Positions 1 through 12,904 of a stretch of DNA of 64,000 nt are shown in pieces. Position 1 is the stretch's first letter, and every line of letters starts with the position of its first letter. The notes under the pieces are model-generated. The model did no database searches. It was not told the DNA's origin and saw only the letters and a list, made by a program, of their open reading frames with translations. The DNA comes from Azolla caroliniana (lineage: Eukaryota > Plantae > Polypodiophyta), in the NCBI GenBank assembly GCA_043228905.1, contig JBHGNT010000014.1, positions 12,524,001 to 12,588,000 on the forward strand. The letters run 5' to 3'. A program made the translations under genes and the position numbers.

Positions 1-1785
1 ACAGCCACCAATTGATGCATTTTTTGTTGGTCCCCATACATTTGTATGTACCAAATCCAACAAATTTTTGCATACATGTCTTTCATGAGGGAAAGGTAAC
101 CTGTTTTGCTTTCCATATTGGCATGCTTCACATATTTTGCTCATCTCACAGTCTTTCAACTTAGGCAGTCCAACCACTACGTTTTTCCTCAACATATTTT
201 TCGAGGTTTGCATATTTATGTGACTAATTCTCTTATGCCACATCTCCACATCTGAGATTACATTCATTCCTTCTACAAACATTGTTGTAATCTTTTTAAG
301 CATATCCACATCCAAAACAAACATTCTTCCTTGTCGTTTTCCTTTTGCAATAAGCTTTCCATGTTTCTCTATAAAGCATCCACTTTGCTTAAACTTAACT
401 TGCATTCCTTGCTCTATTATCTGTCCAACAGAAATCAGATTTTTTGCAAGGTTTGGCACATGCATAACATTCTAAATATACTTTGTTTTCCCTTTTTCTT
501 CCCACAGTAGGATATCTCCAACATGCTCAATTGTATGAGTAGTATTATCACCTGTCTGTACATAACCAGGAATATCTGGTTCTCTTAGAATTTCAAGCCA
601 ATTTGCATGTCCAGTCATATGATTAGATGCCCCAGAATCTACATACCACACATACTCTTCATTGCATCTTTGTGAACATTCAGCCATTGCCGCTGTCTCA
701 TGTTGTATCATAAATGCATCTTCTTTATTACAGTTTTCACTAGTTGAAGCATAGTTATTTTGTTGTCTCTTCCCTCTTATTTCATCATTTTGCTTTTTAT
801 AGCATTTGGCTTGTGTATGGCCCGGTTTTCCACAATAACAACAACCATCATCATTCAAATAAGTTTGCTTACCTCTGCCTCGATTGCTCCCACTGCCTCT
901 GATGTTGTTTCTTCCACCTATAGCTTGTTGTCCTCTCCCTTGATAATTATTGTTGGTTTTAGCTGAACCAAATCTTCCTCGGCCTCTTCCTCGGCCTCTT
1001 CCAGCACTATTGTAGAGGGCTTGCCCCTCAGTCTCAGAGTTTCCTTTGTTTACATCATCCATTTGATTTCTTTCTTCCACTACAAGTATTGAAACTAGAT
1101 CTGGAAAACTTGGGATGATATCCCTTGTGAGAATAGATGTTTTGAAACTTTTATATTGAGGTCCTAAGCCTCTTAAGCATATTTCCACCTTATCATCATC
1201 TTCTACCTTCACATTAATAGAAGCAAGTAACTCACATATGCTCTTTATTTTTAGAGCATACTCATTACTAACATCTTACCTTTTTCCATGGTATTTAGCT
1301 CAGTCTTCAACTGAAGCTTTCTAGTCTTTGTGTTTAATGCAAACAGTTTCACCAAACTGTCCCAAGCTTCTTTTGGAAGCAAAGCATCTTGTATGTGTCC
1401 AAGCATCGAATCTAAGATGCTAAGGGATAGCCAATGCAATACTTTCCTTGCCCCTTGATTCCATTTCTTAAATGCTTTAATCTGTGCAGCAATTGCATTT
1501 TCTTCAGGGATATTTGGATCCTCTTCTAGGTCTTCGTCAATGTAATCCCAATATCCTTTTCCTATTAGGAAATTTGTCATTCTGAATTTCCATGCAGGGA
1601 AGTTGTTTTTGTCCAATTTTTCTGTGACTATTTGGCTTCCATTCTCAGCAGCCATTCTCTCTTTCAATTTAGGGCTTTTGGTACGATTAACTTCATAGAC
1701 AACTCTCTGATTCAGACCAACAACCAGAACTAAACTTCTCAGATTTGTACTATTCCTCTTTATGAGCAACTGTGCTCTGATACCA
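1..1785 (-). mobile_element. Decayed Ty1/Copia internal region (gag, zinc knuckle, protease, GAG-pre-integrase), runs off the window start
   Basis: ORF 1251-1769 (EKLDKNNFPAWKFRM, copia gag N-terminus) and ORF 472-1212 (CCYCGKPGHTQAKC knuckle, WYVDSGASNHM protease). Met PBS on the minus strand at 1774-1785; the LTR begins at 1786 and its far end is not resolved. Confidence 0.9.
1774..1785 (-). promoter_or_regulatory. Primer binding site, tRNA-iMet
   Basis: Plus strand gctctgatacca = TGGTATCAGAGC, directly next to the LTR end ...TAACA. Confidence 0.9.
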
Positions 1786-3112
1786 TGTTACAAATGCGCT
1801 CCGACCCTTCTTAATGCACAATGGATCGTGATGTGCCGGATCGTTTAAAGTGCTAAAGATAGAAAAGGAAGGGGGAAGGGGACTTACCTCTGTAGCAACC
1901 CAAAAGCTTCTATTACATTAGACGCAGAGAAAACCTCTCTCGCCTATTTTCTGTTTTTCTTCTCTTCACTCTTCTACTTGCCTACTCTCTCTCTTACTTT
2001 TTTTACCTAAGTATATAAGTCACTTACATATGCAGCTATTTAGCTAAATAGTTGTGAGTAGCTAAGTAGCTGTTTTGCCTATATGTCCACTAGTAGCTAA
2101 TTTTTCTAATAGCTACTATAGAAGATCTTATTTCCCAATAAGAATCACATGCTTTTGTTGAGCTTGTTTCTCAACAATATGGAATGACCCATCTTGGAGA
2201 CTCGAAGAGACGCGATAAGAGAACAGTTGAGGCTAGGTTGAATAAAAGTTAAGATTGAGTTAGAAGGGGAGAAGCAAAGAGATGTTGCACTAATAGACCT
2301 TGCTAGTTTTTGGAGAAAATAAGAGGGATGTTGCACTAATAGACATTGCTAGTTTTTGTAGAAAATAAGAATGCTCAAAGAATTGTTAAAGTTAGAGGTC
2401 AAACAAAAACGATTCTTCCAATGCATTAGACTTTTGCCAACATGTGTTGGATGTCAACCGGGACAACCAACCACTCCTCAACCAATTTTGTTATGGACTT
2501 TGTGTTATGGACTTTGAGGTGATGTTACAAGCCTCCAACTCAATCTCAGCAATCTCAAGACTCTTTGCGAAGCCTTTACACAACTCATGGACTAAGACAA
2601 TTAACTATTTGAATTCATCCAAGGGAAGTGCTCTTTTTCATCACATCACCTTATATCTACTTATGGCTAGATAAATCTACCCTAATTCCGAACAACCTAA
2701 TGGAAGTTGATAAGCCTAACCATCAATGAGGGGCAACAATGTTTTGCCAACATCTGTGCACCTATTGCAACATTCTTGGGTACATTGTTCATTTTTGTAT
2801 TTGTATTTGAAGGGAGCCAAACAATGTCTAGGAGTAGTAGGAGCCCTGCAACAAGACATTACTCATCACGGATGTTGATCCTTTGTAGATAACGTATCTT
2901 ATCTAACTAGACACCACTTTTCTTAATATGCATATATTAACTTAATCTAAAAATAGTGCATTTGTAATTGGAACATTATCTCATTTAGGGAGGTCCAATG
3001 TCACAAACATTGCATTGTGTAAGTTACGAGTAGTAATTACACATCGCTTAAGTATAAAGGATATGTACACAAGCCTTAACTAGTTAAGGGAGGGGGGGGG
3101 GGGGGGGGAAGA

Positions 3113-3154
<42 letters not shown>

Positions 3155-3179
3155 GGGAGAGAGAGAGAGAGCAACACTT

Positions 3180-3850
3180 GTATGGTTATAATCTAAGGTT
3201 GAAGAAGAATGGAGAATACACAAATCCTATCATGGGTGGTGGCAGATCTTACAACGTAGTTGGCATTCTAAATTGCCACTTGTAGCAAAGGTCTTCATTT
3301 CGAGAGTTTTGATTGGAGGATTGCCTTTGGGATTAGCTCTAAAGCGTCGTGGACTAGCAACGGATAATTGCTTTTTTTGCACTGTTCAAATGGAAGATAG
3401 TACTCATTGATTTATACAATATCCGATTGCTTGTCAGATTTGTAGTTACATTTCTCAAATTTGGCAAGTCTTATCACGGTGTTATTTGACACCTAGATAA
3501 TGGGTGTTTGCACAATTTACACAGGTTGACCCAAAATCAGAGATGGAGATCGTTTTTCTATTTTTGAGATATTGGGGATTGCATCATAATTGGAATATGC
3601 ACAACGCTTTTGTATTTGATGGTAAACATGGAGTGAAAGCATATCTACAAAAGTTGAAGGGAGTACTAATGTGGCAATTTTCTTTATTAGAGCAAGTGGA
3701 AATTCTTTCCTCGGTGGAGTGTTCTTCTTGCCTATTGACAATTCAACATGTTCCACTACCCATGTAGTGTAGTTAGTGGGTGACCATATTCCATTATCAC
3801 ACCCATGGTAAGTAGTGTTTTTTACACACATTTATTAATATAATTGTGTG
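3180..3850 (+). pseudogene. L1-type LINE 3' fragment (zf-RVT-like domain)
   Basis: Manual translation reads W..KLP..AKVF..RVLIGGLPLGLALKRRG...CFFC....EDSTH*F, a zf-RVT pattern. It follows a poly-G/(GA)n tract at about 3092-3171. Confidence 0.7.
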
Positions 3851-4680
3851 TTTTCACCAAAAGAAAAGAAAAGAGAGAGAGAGCAACACAAACTTCCACA
3901 ATTCCGTTGTAAATCTTATTGTCCATTCTTTGCGTTTACATTCACCTTTGTATGTTAGACTTGTACCTCTAATATTGTACGTGTTAGATCTAATTAGTGA
4001 TCAAACCCAAGTTGTCAATTTATCCCCACATGTATTCTTAAAGTGCAAATTTTGTGATAGCACCCCCGATGACGAGTAGGTATTGTGCAACTTGACCATA
4101 TGGGTGGATGAGGTATCATCGTAGATGAGTAGAACATAATGTATTTAGGAAAGAGGGAAGTAGGGTAATAGACTTTACTAGTTAGGTAAACTAGAAGAAT
4201 ATTCTCTATTAGCAAGTTAAGATGTACTTAGTCTTGAAGTATGTGTCATTGACTTTAACATAAGCACTATCTAGCACTAGCTTGTATCTAAGGAGATGGG
4301 GCATATTAAAATGACATGTCAGTTTACATAAAGGTAATATCCCCACTACTATAAACTAGCTTGCACATTTTATGTGACATTAAGACCAAATAGAGGAGAT
4401 AAATATTGTTGAGAATCAAACTGAACTTCCCTAGTTTGGGAACACACTTTAGTATACTTAAGTGTGTGAACACCACACCTCCTAGTATAGTAACTAGTGT
4501 GTCATAGAACATGAACTTCTATGACACATATTTAGTAGGTAGTTAAATCTCCACCTCCTTTTCAAGTGGTGGTTGTAGTGAGGGAACATAGAGAGAGGGT
4601 GACTACATAAGCACCTTCTCCCCCTCTTTGTAATGTTGTTGGTTCATTCTTGTTCTTGTTAATACAATTTTCTTATTTAT

Positions 4681-4731
<51 letters not shown>

Positions 4732-7030
4732 TCTCTTCTGATGCATAGAATCACTCTTGATTCTTTACATGGTATCAGAGTGATTGGTAGCTTGATCCAA
4801 GTCCATCTACGTGTGTTGTGCCAAAGCCCACGTTCATGAAGAACCGATCGATCACTGTAGCAGCAACTTGCATAGTTTGCATCACAGAGAAGAAGAAGAA
4901 ATTCAACATGAATACTCACATGGGAAGTGCTCTTCCTACCGAGAAACTCAATAGCAACAACTTCGCATCTTGGGAGTACAAGATGCACCAATACCTTGTC
5001 GGTCAAGGCTATTGGAGCTATGTCAAGGGAGCTCAAGAAAAACAACCTAACCCGACACATGCTAATCACCCAGTCTAGGAACAAGCGGCGAGTTGCGTGC
5101 TGTATTGCCTTGCATCATGCGTTCATGATCACATGCTCTGCTACATCTGAGAGGCCAAAACGCCAAAAGAGGCGCATGGGAACCTCAAAAAGATATTCGT
5201 GGCCAACACAACCACACGAACGCTTCAACTTCGCCAAGAGTTGAACAATATAGTTATAGTGGGATATGTCAATCAACAACTACACCTTGATAATCAAGGA
5301 GCTGTGCGACTCTGTCGGGTCGATCAATGTTAACATTGATGATGATGAAATGGTGCAGATATGCCTTGGAGCCCTAGCACCTCAGTTCAACGCCATGTGG
5401 TCAGTTTTCCTCGCAAGGAAGAATCCTCCCTCCTTCTTCGACCTTCAATCAATGCTACTGGTCGAAGAAAATCACGTCCAAACAAGGCACATGCTCTATT
5501 CGAACTCGGATGGAGGAAGGGGACAAAGTCGTGGAAGAAGAGGCCGATTCGGCCAACTTAGGTCATCACAACCAAGAACACCCCCGCGAACAGAACTTTT
5601 ACTACTAGCAAAATGTTGCAACCACGTGAGGTGGAATGCCTAGAAGAAGGGGGAGCAATCATGCTGGACCACGTCATCAAAACAACTTCGTCTAGTGCAA
5701 ATACTGTAGCAAATTCGGCCATTACAAGGCATAGTGTCGGAAGAAGAAAAGTGAGTCGGCCTTCACAAGCCGACAACTTACTAACTACGCCTCAAACTTT
5801 GACCACGAAGATCGTGGCGGAATGCTCATGATGAGGCATAGAGCGAATTCGATGATGGCATTGTGCCCACCCAGCCATCACCTCCAATTCAGAAATTGTA
5901 TGGTTTGTCGATTCGGGTGCATTCAATCACATGACGTCTCACGAAGATTGGTTTTGAGAACTATGAAACCCCTAACGACTTAGTTATGTGGAAACAGGGG
6001 ATGACACAATTCAACCTACATCAAGAACGTCTTGTATGTTCCTACAATAATGAAGAATCTGGTCTTGGTCAGCCAGATTGTGGAACAAGGCATGCAAGGT
6101 CGGTTCACCGGCGGAGGATGCTTCATCGAAAAGGAAGGCCAATTTATTGCTCGTGGATGAAGAGAAGGTCAAATGTTCATCCTCGACACTCACAAAATGA
6201 AATCGACAATGTTTGCAAAGGGCCATAAAGCGGGCACCGATATAGAGCTATGTCACAAAAGAATTAAGCCACATTAATCTCCAAAAGCTCAAAGGAATGC
6301 AGTTGTAAGGAGTTGTCATCGAACTCCCGACCTTTATCGAGAAGGAGATTACAGGTGTATCCGAAGCCTGCAAATTCGATAAAGAAAATTGTCAACCGTT
6401 CCCAAAAGAGAGGAACGTGAACAAAGGAACCCTAGATGTAATACATTTGGATGTATGGGGACCAACCCAGACAACAACATTCGATGGTTGCTCATATTAT
6501 GTGATGTTCATCGACGACTTCTCCACGCACACCTAGATATTCCCTATGTAGCAGAAGAGTGAAGTGTTTTCACACTTCCAGAAATTCAAAAATGAAGTTG
6601 AAAAGGCAACCGATCGGCAATCATGATGACACTCATATTATGCCTCGAAAGAATTTGAACCCACGATCTTGTTATACACATATCAAATTCTCAACCATTG
6701 TAATAATATGCTTATATTTATGGTTGTTAGAATATATAATCTAATATGATAAGAATATTCTATCACTCTACATTCTAGAATGACCTAGAATATTCTAGAG
6801 TGTTCTATATACTAGAACCTTCTAGAATACTCTAGAAACCTTCTAGATTACTCTATACTCTAGAATGTCCTAGAAGATTCTATAGTGTTCTATATTAATA
6901 ACTCTAGAGGGACTTATAAATAGAGATCTATCAATCATCCCAAAACCAAATTGGTTCAATGCCATTCTATAGCTCTCTTTAGCCTACTCTTTGTAATCCT
7001 TCTTATAGTGCAATATAATACTTTCGTTTC

Positions 7031-7071
<41 letters not shown>

Positions 7072-9457
7072 TCTTGACATTTTGAAGCAATTTTTTCATT
7101 TCCCTCTTCCACGAATCCTAACAAGTTCTCTTCTTTCTTCTCCTCTATCCTTGTAAGCTATGGAGTCCATGATCAAACAAGAATATGTGTGTGTTCTTTC
7201 TGAGCTCGCCATGCTCATGAATAAATTTGTGGCATTAGAGCATGAAAATCAAAGGCTACTTGGGGACCCACAACAAGTGAGTACTGAAAAAGCTCATTTG
7301 GTTATTCAGCTACATACCAATCGGTACCCAACTAACAATGCTTGTGTGGGATTAGTGGTAACCTTGCTATGCGGTACGCCATTAGCATGGTTTGCACCAC
7401 TCCTCGAGAAGAAATCACCATTGCTGGAGGATTTCAAGGCATTTGTTAAGGAGTTTCAAGTTAGTTTAGGAAGACATCCTTCACACAAGTTCCGAACACT
7501 TGGGCAGTTGTAGAGAGCCAACGTGAGACCCAAGAGATGGAAGGTGGTAGTAAGGGGAAGGACCAAGATGGTGACGAGAATATGCGGAATAATGCTCGAC
7601 CACAACTGAGTCTTCAATCACTTCGTTGAGAATTACAAACATAGCAATGGGAATGTGGAGATAGATGAACATATACACAAAACATTGAAAGAGAGTGTAC
7701 ACAGTATGTTAACGTGGAAAACCCTAAATGGGAAAAACCACGGGAAACGGACTCCAAACTATCACTATGTCAAAGGAATACAACGGGGGGGGGGGGGGGG
7801 GGGGGGGGAGGGGGCATAGAGGCAACAACCTCGTCCTCACTCTCTTCGCCTGGCGGCGGTTACAACAGAGAATCACTCTGTGTGTGTCTCTCTCTCTCTG
7901 TGTGTTACGCTCTGTACAACAGTTACACCAACAACACTATACAATGATAATAACAACACAATGATACACCCACCCTCAAGAGTTTGCTCTAGGTCATATT
8001 TATACTAATATAACTTTCGGGCTATTTACAAATATAGCCCCAGTGGGTTCTCTAGAACATATTTACATATATATCCCTTCATCCGGTGAGAGGTTCTCAC
8101 CAGGCCTGCAATATCCCATCCGGAGAAACCAAAATCCTAACAAACTCCCGCTTCACTCCGGCATAGGATGTCTAGTTAGTCCAAATCGCTTCCGGCATGC
8201 ATCCAGCTTGTCGGGCCTCAGCACCTTGGTCAGCATATCTGACCCATTCTCCTCCGTGTGGATCTTCGTTAGCACGAACTCTCGATCTTCCAATCGCTCC
8301 CGAATCCAGTGGTACCTCTGCTGGATGTGCTTCGTCCTGGAATGATACACTGCGTTCTTCGCAAGGTGGATGGCACTTTGATTGTCGCAATAGAGCCGGT
8401 ATTCCTCTTGCCGGATCCCTAGCTCTTCGATAAAGTCCTTCATCCATAGTGTTTCCTTGTCGGCTTCCATAGCCGCCATGTACTCCGCCTCCGTGGTTGA
8501 CAACGCAACCGTCTTCTGCAGCCTCGACTGCCATGAAACAACTCCCCCTGCATATGTCATAACATATCCTGATGTTGACCGGCTGGTATCTGCATCAGCC
8601 GGCATATCCGAATCGGTGAAACCGTCAAGTTGGGGTTTACCAGAGCGGAATCGGAGGCACATACTTGAGGTGCCTTTCAAGTACCAGAGTATCCATTTTA
8701 CCTGCATATGTCATAACATATCCTGATGTTGACCGGCTGGTATCCGCTGTCGAGGTATTCCTCGCGGATGCGTGGAGTGAGGCGGGACCTCGGGGGTCCT
8801 GTACCGAAGAGTAAGAGAGAGAGAGAAGGGACCCACTACGTGCGAGTGTAGATTCACAGGGACACGGCCCTTCGACGCAAAGACGCGAATGGAACAGCGA
8901 CACAGAAAGACACGAAAGTATGTATGTATTGACAAGACAAACAACAAGAACACGAAGACAACAAACACGAAGTCGGTTACAACCGAACAGGCCGGCGAAC
9001 AGATGCCGATACCTGCTCGTAAACGCACAGAGGGGAAAGAGTAGGTTGGAGGTGCTGCCAGAAGCACTCGGGCATTCCTCAGAGCAGCGCGAGCCTCCCG
9101 AAACCTGCACAGAAGGAAGCTATGGCGTTTGCAACCGGAAAGAGAGAGAGAGAGAAGCCTTCGCACGCAAACCGATAGCACTTCGTCCTCGACTCTCCGC
9201 GATCCCCTTACTCTCCTCGTCTCCCTCCTTTTTATAGGCAAGGAAGGAGCCGTTTCCCCTTTACTCCCTACCTACCGAATCTACCTAGGATCTCCTATGT
9301 ACAACTTAAGGCGCACGTGCATGAAGAGTCGGTTTCTACGCTTCGGTACACCGATTCCGCTTGTGGACGGTTTTCTTCACGACATCCGCCCCCACCTAAC
9401 CGCGCATCCACCGGCATGCGCCAAATTGGGTTGGGACGGAGAAAACCGGTCCAGCCT

Positions 9458-12400
9458 TTATCCCCCGCCCGTCGGTTCTTCCTCGGTTTCGGATCGCTTG
9501 TCGTCGCGGTCCAAGTCAACCTGATCTGGCTCGTCGTCGTGACGCTTCTTGAACGTCTTGATCCGCTTCCCAGCTACCGGTATCGTCATTCTCGTACCGT
9601 CGAGTTCCGCTAGATGGTACGTTCCGTTGTCGTTGGCGCTTTGTACCACGTAAGGCCCGAACCACCTTCTTGCGAACTTCCGCGTCGCTCGGTGCTGGTT
9701 GTCGAGGCTGCTGTCGTAGACTAGCACCCAGTCGCCTTCCTCGATCTTCTTCGGTCGGAGCCGGTGTGTTCGGTCGAACCGGGCTTTGTTCCTCATCCTT
9801 GCTTCCCGAAGCTTTTCCGCAGCCTGCTCCACGTCCTTCGGTCTCCGCTCGAGCTGTGGTATGCGCGCCGTCAACAGTTCCTCCCGGCTCATCTCGTCTC
9901 TCCAGTCCACGGTTGCCCATGAGGAGACCGTACGTTCGATCGGCATGATCGGCTTCTGCCCAAACATGAGCTCTGCCGGCATGAATCCGGTTACCGAACT
10001 GTGCGTAGTCCGGTCAGCCCACAACGCGTAAGGCAGTAGCCGCGGCCAGTTCCCGACTCGACCTCCGCATGCCCGAACTAACGCCTTGACGATCGGTCCG
10101 TGTCCGCGCTCCACCTTTCCATTCGCCTCCGGATTGTACGCAGTGGTAAGCGAGAGCTTGACTCCTAGCCGGTCGAACAACTCCTCGGCCTCTTCGGCGT
10201 CCAACTCCCGGCGATCAGCCACGATCTTCCCGACGCACCCGTACCGGCATATTACGTCCTCGAGCAGGAACTGACATACGACCGCAGTCGTTTTGTTCTG
10301 AAGGGCCTGACCTTCCACCTGGTTCGTTAGATCTTCCCGAGCCAGGACCAGATACCGCATCTATCCTACTCCTATCGGCATCGTTACCAGGTCTACCATC
10401 CATTTGAAGTGGATGGTCGGAGGGTACGTAGGGTGAAGTTCGTCCCGGTGTCGGACTATGGAGTGCATCTGACAGCTCTCGCAAGTTGTCACGAATCGAT
10501 GCACGTCCCGGTACAGTCCCGGCCACTAGTACTTCCCCTTTATCTTCTTGAACGTGGCCCAGGTTCCACGGTGTCCGGCCCAAGGGCTGTCGTGGTAGGC
10601 CGTTAGCAGCTCCTCCTGTTCTTCCTTCATCGCCACCACCCGGAGCGGAGCGCCGTCCCTCTTCTTCGGGTGCTTCCATAAGTATCCGTCCCGGAGAAAG
10701 AATCGGTAAGCTTTCTTCCGGATCCGGTTGGCCTCGTCCTTCGTCCATGACGCATCTGGCGTCATTGTCCTCAAGAATCCACCGATCTGGAGCCACTCGC
10801 CGTCGTACTTGCTCTTGTCGAAGTCGTTAAGTGCCGGAGTGCTCGTCCCATCGGTCGTCACGTACGCCGACTCGAAGAAGTCCACGCCGACTTCTTCGTC
10901 CTCCGAAACCATGCCGCCCTCGTCATCAAACCTTGCCCTCGAAAGCATGCCGGCCATGGCGTTATCCTTTCCGGAAATGTGCCGTATTTCCAGGTCCAGG
11001 GACTTGACGTACGCTATCCACCTGAGCATCGCCAGGTCCGGTGTCGCGCATCCGGAAACCATGCCGAGAATTGGCAGGCAATCCGTCTCGATAATCACTT
11101 CTGCCCCGATCAGGTAGTCTTTGTCGGCCTTTACTGCCGAAACGAGGGCGTACCCTCGCTGTCGCTCATTGAGGACCTTCGCGCCGAATCGGATCGGGAA
11201 CCGAATGCCGTCCTCGTCTTCTTGGTTGACGACCCATCCGATCCCGGTCGGACTCGTATCCACCGTTATGTATACCGGGGTACCCTTCCCGTAGACAGCC
11301 TTCTGGAGCGCCGGTGCTGCCGCAAGAGCTTCCTTCAGCTTTCGGACCGACTCCGTATGCTCGTCTCGCCACTCGAATTTTTGCCCTTTCTTCAGCAACC
11401 CGTATAGCAGCTCCGCAACGTGGACGTAATGCGGGATCCATATGTGGTAGAATGCGCATGCCCCCAGGAACCTCTGAACTTCCGTAACCGAGCCACAGTC
11501 GGTCTTCATCGCGGAGATGGCTTCTACCTTTGCCGGAGACGGCTTCCGGCCATATGGCCCACATAGGTGTCCGACTACCAGGATTTCCGATTGCCCGAAG
11601 GCCGATTTCTCCCCGGAGAAGGTGAGCCTAGCATCCTCTAGCCTTTGTAGCACCTTCTCGCAGTCGTCGATGTGTTTCTCCACGAATCGCCGGCATCCGT
11701 CCGGCCCGACTGTCTCGTCCTTCTCCTCCACCGGGCACCCTTTAATCGGGATGTCGTCCAGAAATGGCATGGTGATGTCGGGGATGCAATCCCTCAGTAC
11801 CTTGTTCATTGCATTTACCATGTGAGCCACCGAGTTAGTCCCTCCTTGTGGCAGGGTACACATTCGCACTAGGCCGAGGGGAGTTCGCATCGTCGTAATG
11901 TCTCTGCTCTCCACGGCTAGCTGGAACTGGTCGTACCCTGAGTACAGATCACCGACCGAGTAAATCGACCTTCCGGCAAAGGCCTCCGCGAATTCGTCTA
12001 TGGTCGGTCCGATTCCTGCGTTTCGAATGGTCACTCTGTTGACCGGCTGCAGGTCTTGAATGAAGCGCAACGTTCCGTTTTTCTTCGGTACGGTAAACCA
12101 TCGGTTCGAGTATGGGGCACTCGACGGTTCAAGAATGCCCATATCTACTTTCTGCCTCAATAGCTCCATCAACTTCGGGATGTGAGCTCTCGGTACCGGA
12201 ATCGGCTTGAGATTCCACGGCACATGCGATACCGTGAATATCACCATCGGCTCCACGATCGTCGGGTCTACGCACCCGATCTCTTCCGGTGAGAATGCGA
12301 AGGCTTTCCCGTGCCTTCCGAGCATCCTCCGAAACCGGTCTTCCTCCGCCGGCAGTAGGAACCCGCCCCCACCGATTTTGAGCTCCCGGAGCGTCCCGTG

Positions 12401-12904
12401 GGTGAAGGTGTGTCCTATGCAGGCCGGATCTCGTAAACTGGGGTCCGACGCAACCCCTCTGATCCGGGACTCGCTGCCCTCCGGTAAGGGTGCCGCGACT
12501 GGCCTTACCTTCCGGTCCACAGTCTTGTACTTTGTGCTAACTCGGGCCGTCCGATCCGACCCGAGCCCCCGACTGAAGTTCGCGATGACTTCGTACATCT
12601 CTTCGGAACATACTGGTATCGTCCGGTCTTCGTTAAGGTCTTCTCCGGCAACCTTCCTTAGCATCCCTAAGGTGTCGTCAAAGGAGACCGCCTCCACGGC
12701 TCCGCTGATTTCCTCGTCCGGGCCGAGAACTCCACACGCTCGAAGTCGCTCTTCTGCCCTTGTCTTTTCTTGGCCAACGATGTCGACCATCATACACCCT
12801 CCGTTGTCGGAGAAGCAAAATCCCCTACCTATCGTACAGTCGTGGGGTCTTTTCCGAGTGTCCGGGCTGTCTCGGCCCCACGCCTTGGCAGCCCTCTCTA
12901 AAAA
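9458..12904 (-). pseudogene. pol: Pol (RT-RNase H-integrase) in the -1 frame, with in-frame stops
   Basis: ORF 10526-12793 (PFLDD RT, RNase H) and ORF 9458-10360 (integrase, GPY motif) share a frame. The frame is open back to the slippery site. Confidence 0.92.

Noticed and set aside
2432-2753. Possible solo LTR TGTTGG...CCAACA
   Set aside because: No TSD and no second copy in the window; only a short direct repeat supports it.
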